NCBI RefSeq assembly: GCF_023585785.1
Contig: NZ_CP097765.1
Span: 390,001-422,000, forward strand
Source: Blochmannia endosymbiont of Camponotus modoc
GTDB lineage: Bacteria > Pseudomonadota > Gammaproteobacteria > Enterobacterales > Enterobacteriaceae
Length of the DNA: 32,000 nt
Reading direction: 5' to 3'
Position numbers and translations under genes: made by a program. The notes under the pieces were generated by a model. That model had not been told where the DNA came from and made no database searches. It was given only the letters and a program-made list of their open reading frames with translations. Position 1 is the stretch's first letter. The number at the start of each line of letters is the position of its first letter. Shown here in pieces: positions 1-9,385 of the stretch.

Positions 1-447
1 GAAGGACATGTAGCTGCAGAAGTTATTTCTGGTAAAAAACGTTGTTTTGATCCAATAATAATTCCATCCATTATATATACTGACCCAGAAATAGCGTGGG
101 TTGGATATACTGAAAAAGATGCTCAAGAGAAAAATATAGATTATGAAGTTGCACTTTTCCCGTGGATGGCTTCAGGTCGAGCAATTACTGAAGATTGCAA
201 AGAAGGCATAACCAAATTAATTTTTAATAAAAAAACGAACAGAATTATTGGGGGATCAATATTAGGCACGAATGCTAGTGAAATATTAGGAGAAATCGCA
301 TTAGCCATTGAAATGGGATGCGATGTAGAAGATATTACTCTCACCATTCATGCTCATCCAACCTTATATGAATCAATAGGATTAGCAGCATCTATTCATA
401 ATGGCTCAATTACTGATTTGCCTAATATAAAAAAACAAATACAATAA
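1..447 (+). CDS. lpdA: Dihydrolipoyl dehydrogenase (E3 of pyruvate/2-oxoglutarate dehydrogenase), C-terminal part; 5' end lies outside the window
   Basis: Frame 1 is open from base 1 to TAA at 445-447. The translation EGHVAAEVISGKK..YTDPEIAWVGYTEKDA..FPWMASGRAI..GGSILGTNASEILGEIALAIEMGCDVEDITLTIHAHPTLYESIGLAA..GSITDLPN aligns almost residue for residue with the C-terminal dimerisation domain of E. coli LpdA. Confidence 0.95.
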   Translation, partial: EGHVAAEVISGKKRCFDPIIIPSIIYTDPEIAWVGYTEKDAQEKNIDYEVALFPWMASGRAITEDCKEGITKLIFNKKTNRIIGGSILGTNASEILGEIALAIEMGCDVEDITLTIHAHPTLYESIGLAASIHNGSITDLPNIKKQIQ

Positions 448-2159
448 ATTTCACATGATTTTTTAAGATTTTAAATAAATAAATTAGCTTACAAATATAC
501 TTTATGGTTGTATAGTCTATTACAATTTATAAGGTATATAATGAAGTTAATTTCTATTAAAAACCATACAATGAATAAATAAATATATTACTTATAACTA
601 TATATTTATACGCTCAGAATACGAGTATTTATCTACAAAATATATACACGATCATAAAATTTTTTTTACTATTATTAATACATAACACAGTTAAAAAACA
701 AAAAGTATTCATAATTTAAAAAATATCGTCGAGTGTTGACATATAAAATTAAAAAATATTTTTATGATTTAATTAAACATAATGAAAATATACATGGGGT
801 TTCAATTAATAAAACTCTATTTTTTGATAAACAGTAAACATACTAACAGAAAAAGTAACGTATACGACTTTAGATTTTTACGGATGAAATATACATATCT
901 AATCAATGTATTTTAAATGTATTCATTTGAGATGTAGAATACATGATCTTATAATTATAAGACACAATATTTTCTCTTTAATGTTAAAGAGAAAATATTG
1001 TAGGTGCTGCATGAACTAATCTATAATTCTTATCTCCATATCCCTTATAGTATACAAGTTTCTTTTATTACAACTCAAAAAAAGACATTGCTGACATTTT
1101 TTGCTCTTACTTAATAAGATCTTATCAACGGAAAAACTTATATAAAATCACTAAATTTATATAAATTAAATAGTGATACTTTGATTACTACGTATCATAT
1201 GATCATGCTATATTCATGGTATAATTAAAATAGATTTTTATAAATGTTTAAAATTAAACTTTTCTCTATTAGCAATAGATATAGAAAAATTATCAAATTT
1301 GAAAATATAATAAACATTTAAACTACCGAATATAATCAGAATAACTTTCAAGTTCGATAGCAATATTATGTAATTAATGCAATTAAATAAATTTTAATTT
1401 TTAATTAATAATATCAAAAAATCTATGAGGATAAACGTTCTTTTTGACTCATTACTAATGCCCGATATATTTCAACGCAACTGTTGATAGACTATATATC
1501 AACAGCTATTCGTATTCATCAAAAAATAATAAAAAACATCACATTTATTAGAATAATAAATATTAATTAATTTTAAAAATCATAAATTATCTATATGCCA
1601 AATGATATCGAATAAGTGTATATTTTTATTATCAATAAATTTATGTATCGTAATATTCACAATATGTATGTACGTAAATATACGATAACTAAACATCAAA
1701 TATTTTTTGTAATCGTAAAATTTTTATTAAATATATTCTAATTCAACAATAAAATATTTTAATACGTTTTCTAAATACAACACTTATGTATAAGCACGAA
1801 GTGTACTCGTTATATACGATATAACAAATTAGGTATACTATACAGTATATCAAAAAAAATATTATATGTATTAATTATAAAATTTTTATTAATTATTCTA
1901 AGTAATAGTGACAAAATTTTTCTAAAGCTACATAAATTTCTACAAATTACAGTAAAAACAATAATAAAAAATGTGTTATTTGATAAAATTTTTAACAATT
2001 ATATCAATATATCTACCACATTAAACGAACAACACACATATATCAATACTATTGATATCATTAGATCTTTAATTAAATATATATTATCTAATTTATTTTA
2101 AAAAAAACAATACATACAGCAGTCTACGTATAGTTAATATATATTTTCAATTTTTTATA
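448..2159. other. 1.7 kb ORF-poor, extremely AT-rich spacer between lpdA and folK (no supported gene; possibly eroded gene remnants)
   Basis: The track lists only one 62-aa low-complexity ORF here (1810-1998, minus). I saw no GC-richer block suggestive of a tRNA or structured RNA. In E. coli K-12 the lpdA-to-folK interval holds many genes (acnB, speED, panBCD and others). Confidence 0.6.
964..1001. repeat. Perfect inverted repeat with 18-bp arms and a 2-nt spacer
   Basis: ACAATATTTTCTCTTTAA tg TTAAAGAGAAAATATTGT. All 18 pairs were checked base by base (964/1001 through 981/984). A 14-bp palindrome CTTATAATTATAAG at 948-961 precedes it. No T-tract follows on either strand. Confidence 0.9.
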
Positions 2160-2651
2160 TTATTCCTTCCAAAAATCTAAACCATTTTTAGGTACAGTTT
2201 TAACGATATCTGTTATAATTCTCCCATCAGGAAAAATTAAATTATTATCTAACGCCATCAATGGATAAAGTACGAACTCTCGGTTCAACATACCATGATG
2301 CGGTATTATCAATTCAGGACTACATATAAAATATTTTCCAAATAATAAAATATCCAAATCTAACGTACGTGGCTGCCATATAAGAGAATCACGTGATCGT
2401 CGTCGCCCTTGTTTTCGTTCGATATATTGCATATGACTTAATAATTCTTTTGGAGATAAATTAGTATCTAGAATTATTATTGCATTTAGAAAATCGGGCT
2501 GATTTTTATCTCCTAATGGTAGACTACGATAATAGGAAGAAAAATCTATAAGTCTAGTCATTGGAAGCTTAGAAAGAGACCATATAGCGCGATCCACTTG
2601 TTGCTTTGGATTTAACATATTACTACCAATGCTCACCCAAACTCGTTCCAT
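2160..2651 (-). CDS. folK: 2-amino-4-hydroxy-6-hydroxymethyldihydropteridine pyrophosphokinase (HPPK)
   Basis: MERVWVSIGSN..FLNAIIILDT..PRTLDLDILLFG..IPHHGMLNREFVLYPL matches E. coli FolK along its length. The track ORF starts at a TTG (2672). The ATG at 2651 gives the conserved N-terminus (E. coli MTVAYIAIGSN). Confidence 0.9.
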   Translation of the reverse strand: MERVWVSIGSNMLNPKQQVDRAIWSLSKLPMTRLIDFSSYYRSLPLGDKNQPDFLNAIIILDTNLSPKELLSHMQYIERKQGRRRSRDSLIWQPRTLDLDILLFGKYFICSPELIIPHHGMLNREFVLYPLMALDNNLIFPDGRIITDIVKTVPKNGLDFWKE

Positions 2652-2911
2652 TTTATTACATATCTCAGTCAATCAATTATCAAATTACCGATCCTTTCAT
2701 TTTCATGAAAAAAATCTTAGATAATATCAAAAATTTAAAATATCACATAAATATTTAGATAAATAATGTCTATTCTGTAAAACAGATCAGAAGAAATAGA
2801 AACTAAATCAATAGCCATAATAAAATTACATCTACAGTATTCAAAAACTAATTTTCTAAAATTATATCATATAATGCATATATGAATTTTTTTTATTAAC
2901 AATCTATCCAT

Positions 2912-3376
2912 CTATCCGGTCATTTGTTTTTCTTTAATTTCTTCTAAAGTTTTACAATCAATACATAAATCAGCTGTTGGACGAGCCTCTAATCTTCTAA
3001 TGCCGATTTCTACATCACATGAAGCACAAAATCCAAATTCATTTGTATCTATTTTTTTTAAGGTTCTTTCAATTTTTTCAATAAGTTTATATTCTCTATC
3101 CCGATTACGTAATTTAATATTGAATTCTTCTTCTTGCACCGCTCTATCTACTGGATCTGGAAAATTGATAGATGCCTGGTCTTGCGCACATAACGCAGAA
3201 TATCCTAAATCTTTTTTGAGTTGATTTTTCCATGTTTTAAGGATACGTTTAAAATGTAAAAGTTGATTAGAACTCATATATTCTTCATTAGGTTTTCGTT
3301 GATACGGTGTAACTCCAGCAATTATTAATACATTCAAAGAAGAATGTCTACGACTGCTCGGTGATTTTGTTGACAT
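2912..3376 (-). CDS. dksA: RNA polymerase-binding transcription factor DksA
   Basis: [14 protein letters not shown] (coiled-coil tip acidic motif) and [25 protein letters not shown] (4-Cys zinc finger) are near-identical to E. coli DksA. AGGAG lies 7 nt upstream of the ATG. Confidence 0.96.
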   Translation of the reverse strand: MSTKSPSSRRHSSLNVLIIAGVTPYQRKPNEEYMSSNQLLHFKRILKTWKNQLKKDLGYSALCAQDQASINFPDPVDRAVQEEEFNIKLRNRDREYKLIEKIERTLKKIDTNEFGFCASCDVEIGIRRLEARPTADLCIDCKTLEEIKEKQMTG

Positions 3377-3509
3377 ATATTTGCTCCTGTTTATATATAT
3401 TCAAAGCAATTCATATCAATATTTTCTTTAAAATTTCATTATTTTTATATAATTCCTCCAATATCGTCAAACACACGATGAATTTCAATTATATATTGAA
3501 ATTATAATG

Positions 3510-3537
3510 ATTATATTATATTTAAATATAATATAAT
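3510..3537. repeat. 28-bp perfect palindrome with no spacer
   Basis: ATTATATTATATTTAAATATAATATAAT equals its own reverse complement. It lies in the dksA/coaE divergent spacer, 2 nt from the next palindrome. Confidence 0.95.
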
Positions 3538-3539
3538 AG

Positions 3540-3587
3540 ACATATATATCATAATGTTTATGATCATAAACATTATGATATATATGT
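3540..3587. repeat. 48-bp perfect palindrome (24-bp arms, no spacer) centred on TGATCA
   Basis: ACATATATATCATAATGTTTATGA|TCATAAACATTATGATATATATGT. All 24 pairs were verified (3563/3564 out to 3540/3587), and the first mismatch is at 3539/3588. A 10-bp palindrome GTAAGCTTAC (3586-3595) overlaps its right end. Confidence 0.95.
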
Positions 3588-3966
3588 AAGCTTACAAATA
3601 AACTCGGATCGATTATATAATTATTTATGTGTAATAATTATTATATATATATTATGTACAGATTTATAAACAACTTTTACGTTATTAAAATTATTTTAAT
3701 AACGAATTATCATTAATTATAGAAAATTTTTTAATTACGTAATAAGATCGTTAATAAATTTTATTGAGGCTTGAAATATTGAAAAAATGAACAGTATTAT
3801 TCGGATATTTATAAAAAAATACTATTTTTTTTACTATAAAAATAAAGTGTCGTTATACAAGTTTGTCAGATATCGTTCTAAATATTTTTTAATATTAATT
3901 TAATTTTATAATTTTTAGAAAAACATTTCATAAAAACATTTTTTATTTAATAACACACATCAAATT

Positions 3967-4599
3967 ATGTCTTATATTGTTGCGCTTACCGGTGGTATTT
4001 GTTCTGGAAAAAGTGTTGTTGCTAAAAAATTTTCTAATTTATCAAAAAAAGTATCTGTCATAGATGCTGATGTGATTTCTAAAAACATCACACAACCTGG
4101 CAGTATTGCTTTACGTATGATAACTAAACATTTTGGACCCCATATTTTATTTTCTAATGGATCATTAAATAGATCCATGTTAAAAAAAATTATTTTTTTC
4201 AATCCTAAAGACAAGGAATGGCTTGAACAATTGTTGCATCCGCTTATTAGACAAGAAACTCAGAAAACAATAAATATATTATCCAGTCGATCATCTTATA
4301 TTTTATGGGTTGTTCCATTGTTAATAGAAAATAATTTACAAAAATATGCAGATCACATACTAATGATAGATGTACCCATTGATATTCAGTTAAATCGAAT
4401 TATCAGTAGAGATAAAATACACAAACAATATGCTGAAAATATTTTATTATCGCAAGTATCCCGTCAGCATAGGTTAAACTATGCTGATAACGTTATTGAA
4501 AATAACAAAAGTATTGATGGAATGACACAATGTATTCTTGATCTCCATCAAGATTATCTGAAGGCAGAAAAAATAATTACTAAAAAACACTATTTTTAG
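3967..4599 (+). CDS. coaE: Dephospho-CoA kinase
   Basis: MSYIVALTGGICSGKS (P-loop) ..VIDADVI..LLHPLIRQET..ILWVVPLLIEN parallels E. coli CoaE (MRYIVALTGGIGSGKS..LLHPLIQQET..VLWVVPLLVEN). Confidence 0.93.
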   Translation: MSYIVALTGGICSGKSVVAKKFSNLSKKVSVIDADVISKNITQPGSIALRMITKHFGPHILFSNGSLNRSMLKKIIFFNPKDKEWLEQLLHPLIRQETQKTINILSSRSSYILWVVPLLIENNLQKYADHILMIDVPIDIQLNRIISRDKIHKQYAENILLSQVSRQHRLNYADNVIENNKSIDGMTQCILDLHQDYLKAEKIITKKHYF

Positions 4600-4860
4600 T
4601 AAATAAAACAACACTCGAAATTATACTGTATTTATATTGTAGCAAACAACATACGAAATTGTTTCGTCATAAATAACACAACAATATTCACATAAATTAT
4701 GGTTATAAACATCATAATCATGCGTATATATACGTTTATATTTTACAAGCATTTATTACTTATAGATTTGAGTTAAATGTGATGATTAAAAAAATAATAT
4801 CAACTTATATTTACTATATAACTGACTAAAATAATGTTAAATCAAAACACTTTGTATGTA

Positions 4861-7590
4861 TTAATGACGTTTATTTACAATTTTACCATGACATTCTTTA
4901 AATTTCTTATTAGATCCACAAGGACAAGCATCGTTGCGACTCACTATTTTATTCTTAGTTAATGTATGTTGACTTAAACGATCTATCGATAACAATTTAG
5001 TATTCATTACTTGCGTGTTTATGGATTGAAAATCATTATATTTATTAGTTGAATTTAAAATAGATTCTTTTTTATTGAATAATTCTATTACTAATTTACT
5101 CACTTCGCTTATTACTTCATATTTTAAATGATCTAACATTTTAGTAAACATAGAAAATGATTCTCTTTTGTATTCCTGCTTCGGATCTTTTTGTGCATAT
5201 CCTCTCAAATGAATTCCTTGACGTAAGTAATCCATTGACGCTAAATGCTCTTTCCACAGTACATCAAACGTTCTCAACATAATTTCTTTTTCAAAAGAAC
5301 ACATAATATCTATTCCAATTATTTTTCTAGTATGTTCATATTTCTGTGTCATATTTTCTAATATACGTTGACGTAATATTTCTTTTTCCTCATATAATCT
5401 AGGCTCTACTTCTATCCATTTTAGAAGAGGTAACTCTAAACAAAAATCTTTCTTCAAACATTCTGCTAATTTTATTACATCCCTTTTATCCTCTATAATT
5501 TCCAGAGGAATATAAATATTAAATAATTTTTCAACAACATCACAACGAATATTTTTAATAATGTCACTGATATCTGATATATTTAATAATTTATCACGTT
5601 GTTCATAAATAACGCGACGCTGATCATTAGCTACATCATCATATTCTAATAATTGTTTTCTAATATCAAAATTACGATTTTCTACTTTTTTTTGAGCATG
5701 AGCAATAGCTTTAGTAATCCATGGATGTTCAATGGATTCTCCTGATTTCATTCCTAATTTTTTCATCATGTTCACTAATCTGTTGGAAGCAAAAATACGT
5801 ATTAATGAATCTTCCATTGATAAATAAAATCTAGACGAACCTATATCTCCTTGTCGTCCAGATCGTCCACGCAATTGATTATCGATACGGCGAGATTCAT
5901 GCCGTTCAGTACCAATGACATGTAACCCTCCAGATTTTAATACTGCATGATGACGTTTTTCCCAATCAGATTTAATGTTTAAAATTTTACATGTATTTGA
6001 TTTATGCAACGCAGTAATTTCTGCTCGCCAATTTCCTCCTAATATAATGTCAGTGCCACGCCCAGCCATATTCGTAGCAATAGTCACCGCACCAGGATAT
6101 CCTGCTTGTGCTATAATATCTGCTTCTGCAGCATGAAATTTCGCATTTAAAACTTTATGCATAATTCCGATCTGACTTAAAGCATGAGAAATAATCTCAG
6201 ATTTGTCAATTGATATAGTTCCTACTAACACTGGCTGGTTTCTCTTAACACAATCTTTGATATCATTAATAATAGCTTCAATTTTTTCATGTTCCGTCAT
6301 ATAAATTATATCTGGAAAATCATTACGAATCATAGGACGATTAGTCGGTATAACGATAGTATCTAATTTATAGATAGATTGAAATTCAAATGCTTCAGTA
6401 TTAGCGGTACCGGTCATACCAGATAATTTTTCATATAAACGAAAATAATTTTGAAATGTAATTGAAGCTAATGTTTGATTTTCATTTTGAATAGTTACAT
6501 GTTCTTTAGCTTCTATTGCTTGGTGCAATCCATCTGACCATCGACGACCAGGCATAACTCGACCTGTGTGTTCATCAATAATAAGTATTTCTCCATTTTT
6601 AACAAGATAATCCACTTCACAAGCAAATAAAATATGAGCACGAAATGCTGCATTAACATGATGCATCAATATAATATTATCTGATGAATACAATGATTCT
6701 CCTTGGTTCATGATTCCAGATTTAATTAATAATTGCTCTATTAATACTAATCCATTCTCAGTAAGTATAACTTGTCTGGATTTTTCATCAACTGCGAAAT
6801 ATTCTTCTTTTTGTAAATTATCTATGTTGCTTTTATTTTTTTGAATTATTCTAAAGACTAATTCGTTGATTTTTAAATATAATAAAGAAGTATCATCTGA
6901 TGGCCCAGAAATAACTAATGGGGTACGAGCTTCATCAATCAAAATAGAATCTACTTCATCTATTAACGCATAATGTAATCCTCGTTGTACCCGTTCTTCT
7001 GGGACGAAAACCATATTATCACGTAAATAATCGAAACCGTATTCATTGTTTGTGCCATAGGTGATATCTGCTGTATACGCTGCACGTTTCATAGATGCTG
7101 ATAGTCCCGGTAAATTAATTCCAACAGTCAATCCTAAAAATTCAAATAACGGTTTATTATTTACTGCATCTCTATGTGCTAAATAATTATTAACTGTAAC
7201 GATATGTACTCCTTGACCACTTAATGCGTTCAAATAAGCAGGTAAAGTAGCAGTTAAAGTTTTTCCTTCTCCAGTTTTCATTTCCGCAATACATCTACTG
7301 TTAAGAACTATTCCTCCCAACAATTGGACATCAAAAAGACGGATGTTAAATATTCTCTTAATAGCTTCTCGTACTACAGCAAATGCTTGTGGTAATAAAT
7401 TCTCGAGGTTTACACCTGATTCAATAGATGCACGAAACTCATTCGTTTTAGAAGCAAGTTGACTATCGTTTAACTTTTGTATATCTTTTTCTATATAATT
7501 TATCATATCCACCACTTTCTTCATGCGAAGTAACACGCGATCATTTCTATTTTTAAAAATTTTAGTAAATAATTTAAATGGTGTTAACAT
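4861..7590 (-). CDS. secA: Preprotein translocase ATPase SecA
   Basis: The 909-aa product carries MKTGEGKTL (Walker A), [21 protein letters not shown]-like motif II, and the C-terminal zinc-binding [15 protein letters not shown]. It is collinear with E. coli SecA (901 aa). Confidence 0.98.
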   Translation of the reverse strand: MLTPFKLFTKIFKNRNDRVLLRMKKVVDMINYIEKDIQKLNDSQLASKTNEFRASIESGVNLENLLPQAFAVVREAIKRIFNIRLFDVQLLGGIVLNSRCIAEMKTGEGKTLTATLPAYLNALSGQGVHIVTVNNYLAHRDAVNNKPLFEFLGLTVGINLPGLSASMKRAAYTADITYGTNNEYGFDYLRDNMVFVPEERVQRGLHYALIDEVDSILIDEARTPLVISGPSDDTSLLYLKINELVFRIIQKNKSNIDNLQKEEYFAVDEKSRQVILTENGLVLIEQLLIKSGIMNQGESLYSSDNIILMHHVNAAFRAHILFACEVDYLVKNGEILIIDEHTGRVMPGRRWSDGLHQAIEAKEHVTIQNENQTLASITFQNYFRLYEKLSGMTGTANTEAFEFQSIYKLDTIVIPTNRPMIRNDFPDIIYMTEHEKIEAIINDIKDCVKRNQPVLVGTISIDKSEIISHALSQIGIMHKVLNAKFHAAEADIIAQAGYPGAVTIATNMAGRGTDIILGGNWRAEITALHKSNTCKILNIKSDWEKRHHAVLKSGGLHVIGTERHESRRIDNQLRGRSGRQGDIGSSRFYLSMEDSLIRIFASNRLVNMMKKLGMKSGESIEHPWITKAIAHAQKKVENRNFDIRKQLLEYDDVANDQRRVIYEQRDKLLNISDISDIIKNIRCDVVEKLFNIYIPLEIIEDKRDVIKLAECLKKDFCLELPLLKWIEVEPRLYEEKEILRQRILENMTQKYEHTRKIIGIDIMCSFEKEIMLRTFDVLWKEHLASMDYLRQGIHLRGYAQKDPKQEYKRESFSMFTKMLDHLKYEVISEVSKLVIELFNKKESILNSTNKYNDFQSINTQVMNTKLLSIDRLSQHTLTKNKIVSRNDACPCGSNKKFKECHGKIVNKRH

Positions 7591-8058
7591 GACAATTTAT
7601 ATCTCATTACAATGACAGCACGTTATTTGAATAAAATGCAACAATTACATATTTTCCGTTCATAATACATGCGACTACAAAGAAAATTTTAATAAAAATT
7701 GTAAAACAATACTAATTTACAACTTATCAAAATAGATGTTAATAAATTGTGATAAAATGCATGATAAATATAAATTTTTTATTTATGTAAAATCCATGTG
7801 CATATCTTTCCTTAAACATATTACAAACATGATACTATCATTAATTGTTGATTAGAATAGCTCCAATATTCTAAGACTAAAATATATTATACAAATTTAA
7901 AAAACTTTAAAACAATTACTAATTAATTATTACAATTCATACAGATATATAAAGATATATAATGGGTATCAAAAAATATCTTAATCTGACGATATCAAAA
8001 ATTTTTATAAATACAAATAAAGGAAATTACAATATCAAAGATATTAGTTTTCTGATTT

Positions 8059-8096
8059 TTATAATAAGTGTTATATACATGTAACACTTATTATAA
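8059..8096. repeat. Inverted repeat with a 15-bp perfect stem and 8-nt loop, in the secA-lpxC spacer
   Basis: TTATAATAAGTGTTA tatacatg TAACACTTATTATAA. All 15 pairs were verified (8059/8096 to 8073/8082). No flanking T-run on either strand, so it is not a canonical intrinsic terminator. Confidence 0.85.
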
Positions 8097-8388
8097 TCAT
8101 AACAATATATGATGTATTAAATATTAATGAACTCAATAACATTGAAAATACATTATAATCTAAATTCTTTACTACAGTATTCATTGCATATATATTTAAG
8201 TAGTCTTCAATATTTCAATCTAAAAAACTATAGATAAAATATGCGAATAAACATACAGTTGCATATATTTATTTAAAAAAGAATCTCGATCAAAATACAT
8301 AATATCTATAAATAAATCTAGGTAAATTTGTATACTAAAATGTAGAATGATTATTATTATATTCTATATTCAAAGATACGATTAGATC

Positions 8389-9282
8389 TTAAAATACTAA
8401 GGGTAAGTCAGATGCGTTAGAAAAAGTAGCAAGTTCCCATGCTTCTTGGCATGACAAAACAGTTTTTAATAATTTATTATTTAGAGTGTGTCCCGATTTA
8501 AAAGCAATAAAAGAACCAATAAGATTATGTCCACACATAAATAAATCTCCAATAGCATCAAGCATTTTATGACGGACAAATTCATCATCAAAACGTAAAC
8601 CATCTTCATTAAGTACACGATAATCATCAATTATTATAGCAGAATTAAAACTTCCTCCTAAAGCAAATCCACGAGATTGTAAATCTTTAATATCACGCAT
8701 AAAACCAAAAGTGCGCGCTCGACTAATATTATGAACAAAAGATGCTGAAGAAAAATTAAAAAAACAATGTTGTGTATCCACATTGATAGCTGGATGATTG
8801 AAATCAATAGTAAAATCAAGAGTAAAACCGTTAAACGGCCTTAATTCAGCCCATTTTTCTCCATCTTCAACACGTACTGTTTGTTTTAATCGAAGAAATT
8901 TTTTTGCACTATTAAGTTCTTCTATACCAGCATCTAATAATAAACATACAAAAGGACTAGCGCTACCATCCATTATTGGAACTTCAGGAGCATTGAGTTC
9001 TATAATAATGTTGTCAATGCCTAATCCTGCTTGAGCAGCACTTAAATGTTCAACAGTAAAAATCTGAACACCATATTCATTAATCAAACATGTACATAAT
9101 ACGGTGTTTCCTACTGATTTAACATTAACTTGAAGATCTACAGGAGGATGTAAGTCAGTACGACGATAAATAATTCCAGTATTTGCTGAAGTAGGACGTA
9201 AAGTTAACGTAACTTTTTTACCGGTGTGTAAACCTACACCAGTAGTTTGCACAACGCGTTTCAATGTTCGTTGCTTTATCAT
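8389..9282 (-). CDS. lpxC: UDP-3-O-acyl-N-acetylglucosamine deacetylase
   Basis: [50 protein letters not shown] is near-identical to E. coli LpxC. The product is 297 aa and ends ..DLPLVF, 8 residues short of the E. coli C-terminus. Confidence 0.97.
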   Translation of the reverse strand: MIKQRTLKRVVQTTGVGLHTGKKVTLTLRPTSANTGIIYRRTDLHPPVDLQVNVKSVGNTVLCTCLINEYGVQIFTVEHLSAAQAGLGIDNIIIELNAPEVPIMDGSASPFVCLLLDAGIEELNSAKKFLRLKQTVRVEDGEKWAELRPFNGFTLDFTIDFNHPAINVDTQHCFFNFSSASFVHNISRARTFGFMRDIKDLQSRGFALGGSFNSAIIIDDYRVLNEDGLRFDDEFVRHKMLDAIGDLFMCGHNLIGSFIAFKSGHTLNNKLLKTVLSCQEAWELATFSNASDLPLVF

Positions 9283-9385
9283 TATATCATCTCATGCAAT
9301 TATTATATTATTTACTTTATTAGCAAATTATTATATGTATATTGCATTTTTTATACAAATTACTCATTTACACTATTATTTTTAA

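Noticed and set aside
141-347. A 68-aa minus-strand ORF inside lpdA. Similar antisense or alternate-frame ORFs occur inside known genes at 3000-3224, 3972-4214, 8798-9034, 9645-9974, 10191-10379, 11728-11982, 14756-15172, 19935-20165, 22405-23188 (four ORFs), 23231-23488, 24187-24549, 27107-27388, 27650-27832 and 27986-28177.
   Set aside because: Each lies wholly within, or mostly overlaps, a strongly conserved gene on the other strand or frame. Their sequences are low-complexity or Pro/Ser/Ile-rich with no recognisable family. They are typical shadow ORFs generated by the codon structure of the real gene.
1349-1360. A GTTCGAT T-loop-like motif, considered as a hint of a tRNA in the long spacer.
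   Set aside because: The flanking bases cannot form a T-stem, acceptor stem or anticodon arm, and the surrounding sequence is not GC-enriched as tRNAs are in AT-rich genomes.
1810-1998. A 62-aa minus-strand ORF in the lpdA-folK spacer.
   Set aside because: Its composition is Ile/Asn/Phe/Leu only and mirrors the AT-rich DNA. It has no Shine-Dalgarno motif and no recognisable motif. An ORF of this length is expected by chance in 1.7 kb, so I do not support it as a gene.
2867-2894. A near-palindrome TCATATAATGCATATATGA followed by T8, considered as a possible terminator after dksA.
   Set aside because: The T-run follows the hairpin on the plus strand, where nothing upstream is transcribed towards it. 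On the dksA strand the tract is an upstream A-run. The stem is almost all A-T with a bulge. dksA and folK may simply be co-transcribed.
3510-3595. The palindrome cluster (or the divergent 25.0-25.4 kb junction) considered as a replication origin.
   Set aside because: There are no DnaA-box clusters or 13-mer-like repeats. The divergent dcw/leu arrangement also exists in E. coli far from oriC. Origin calls need a whole-genome GC-skew switch, which I cannot compute from one window. I left this as untested rather than claimed.
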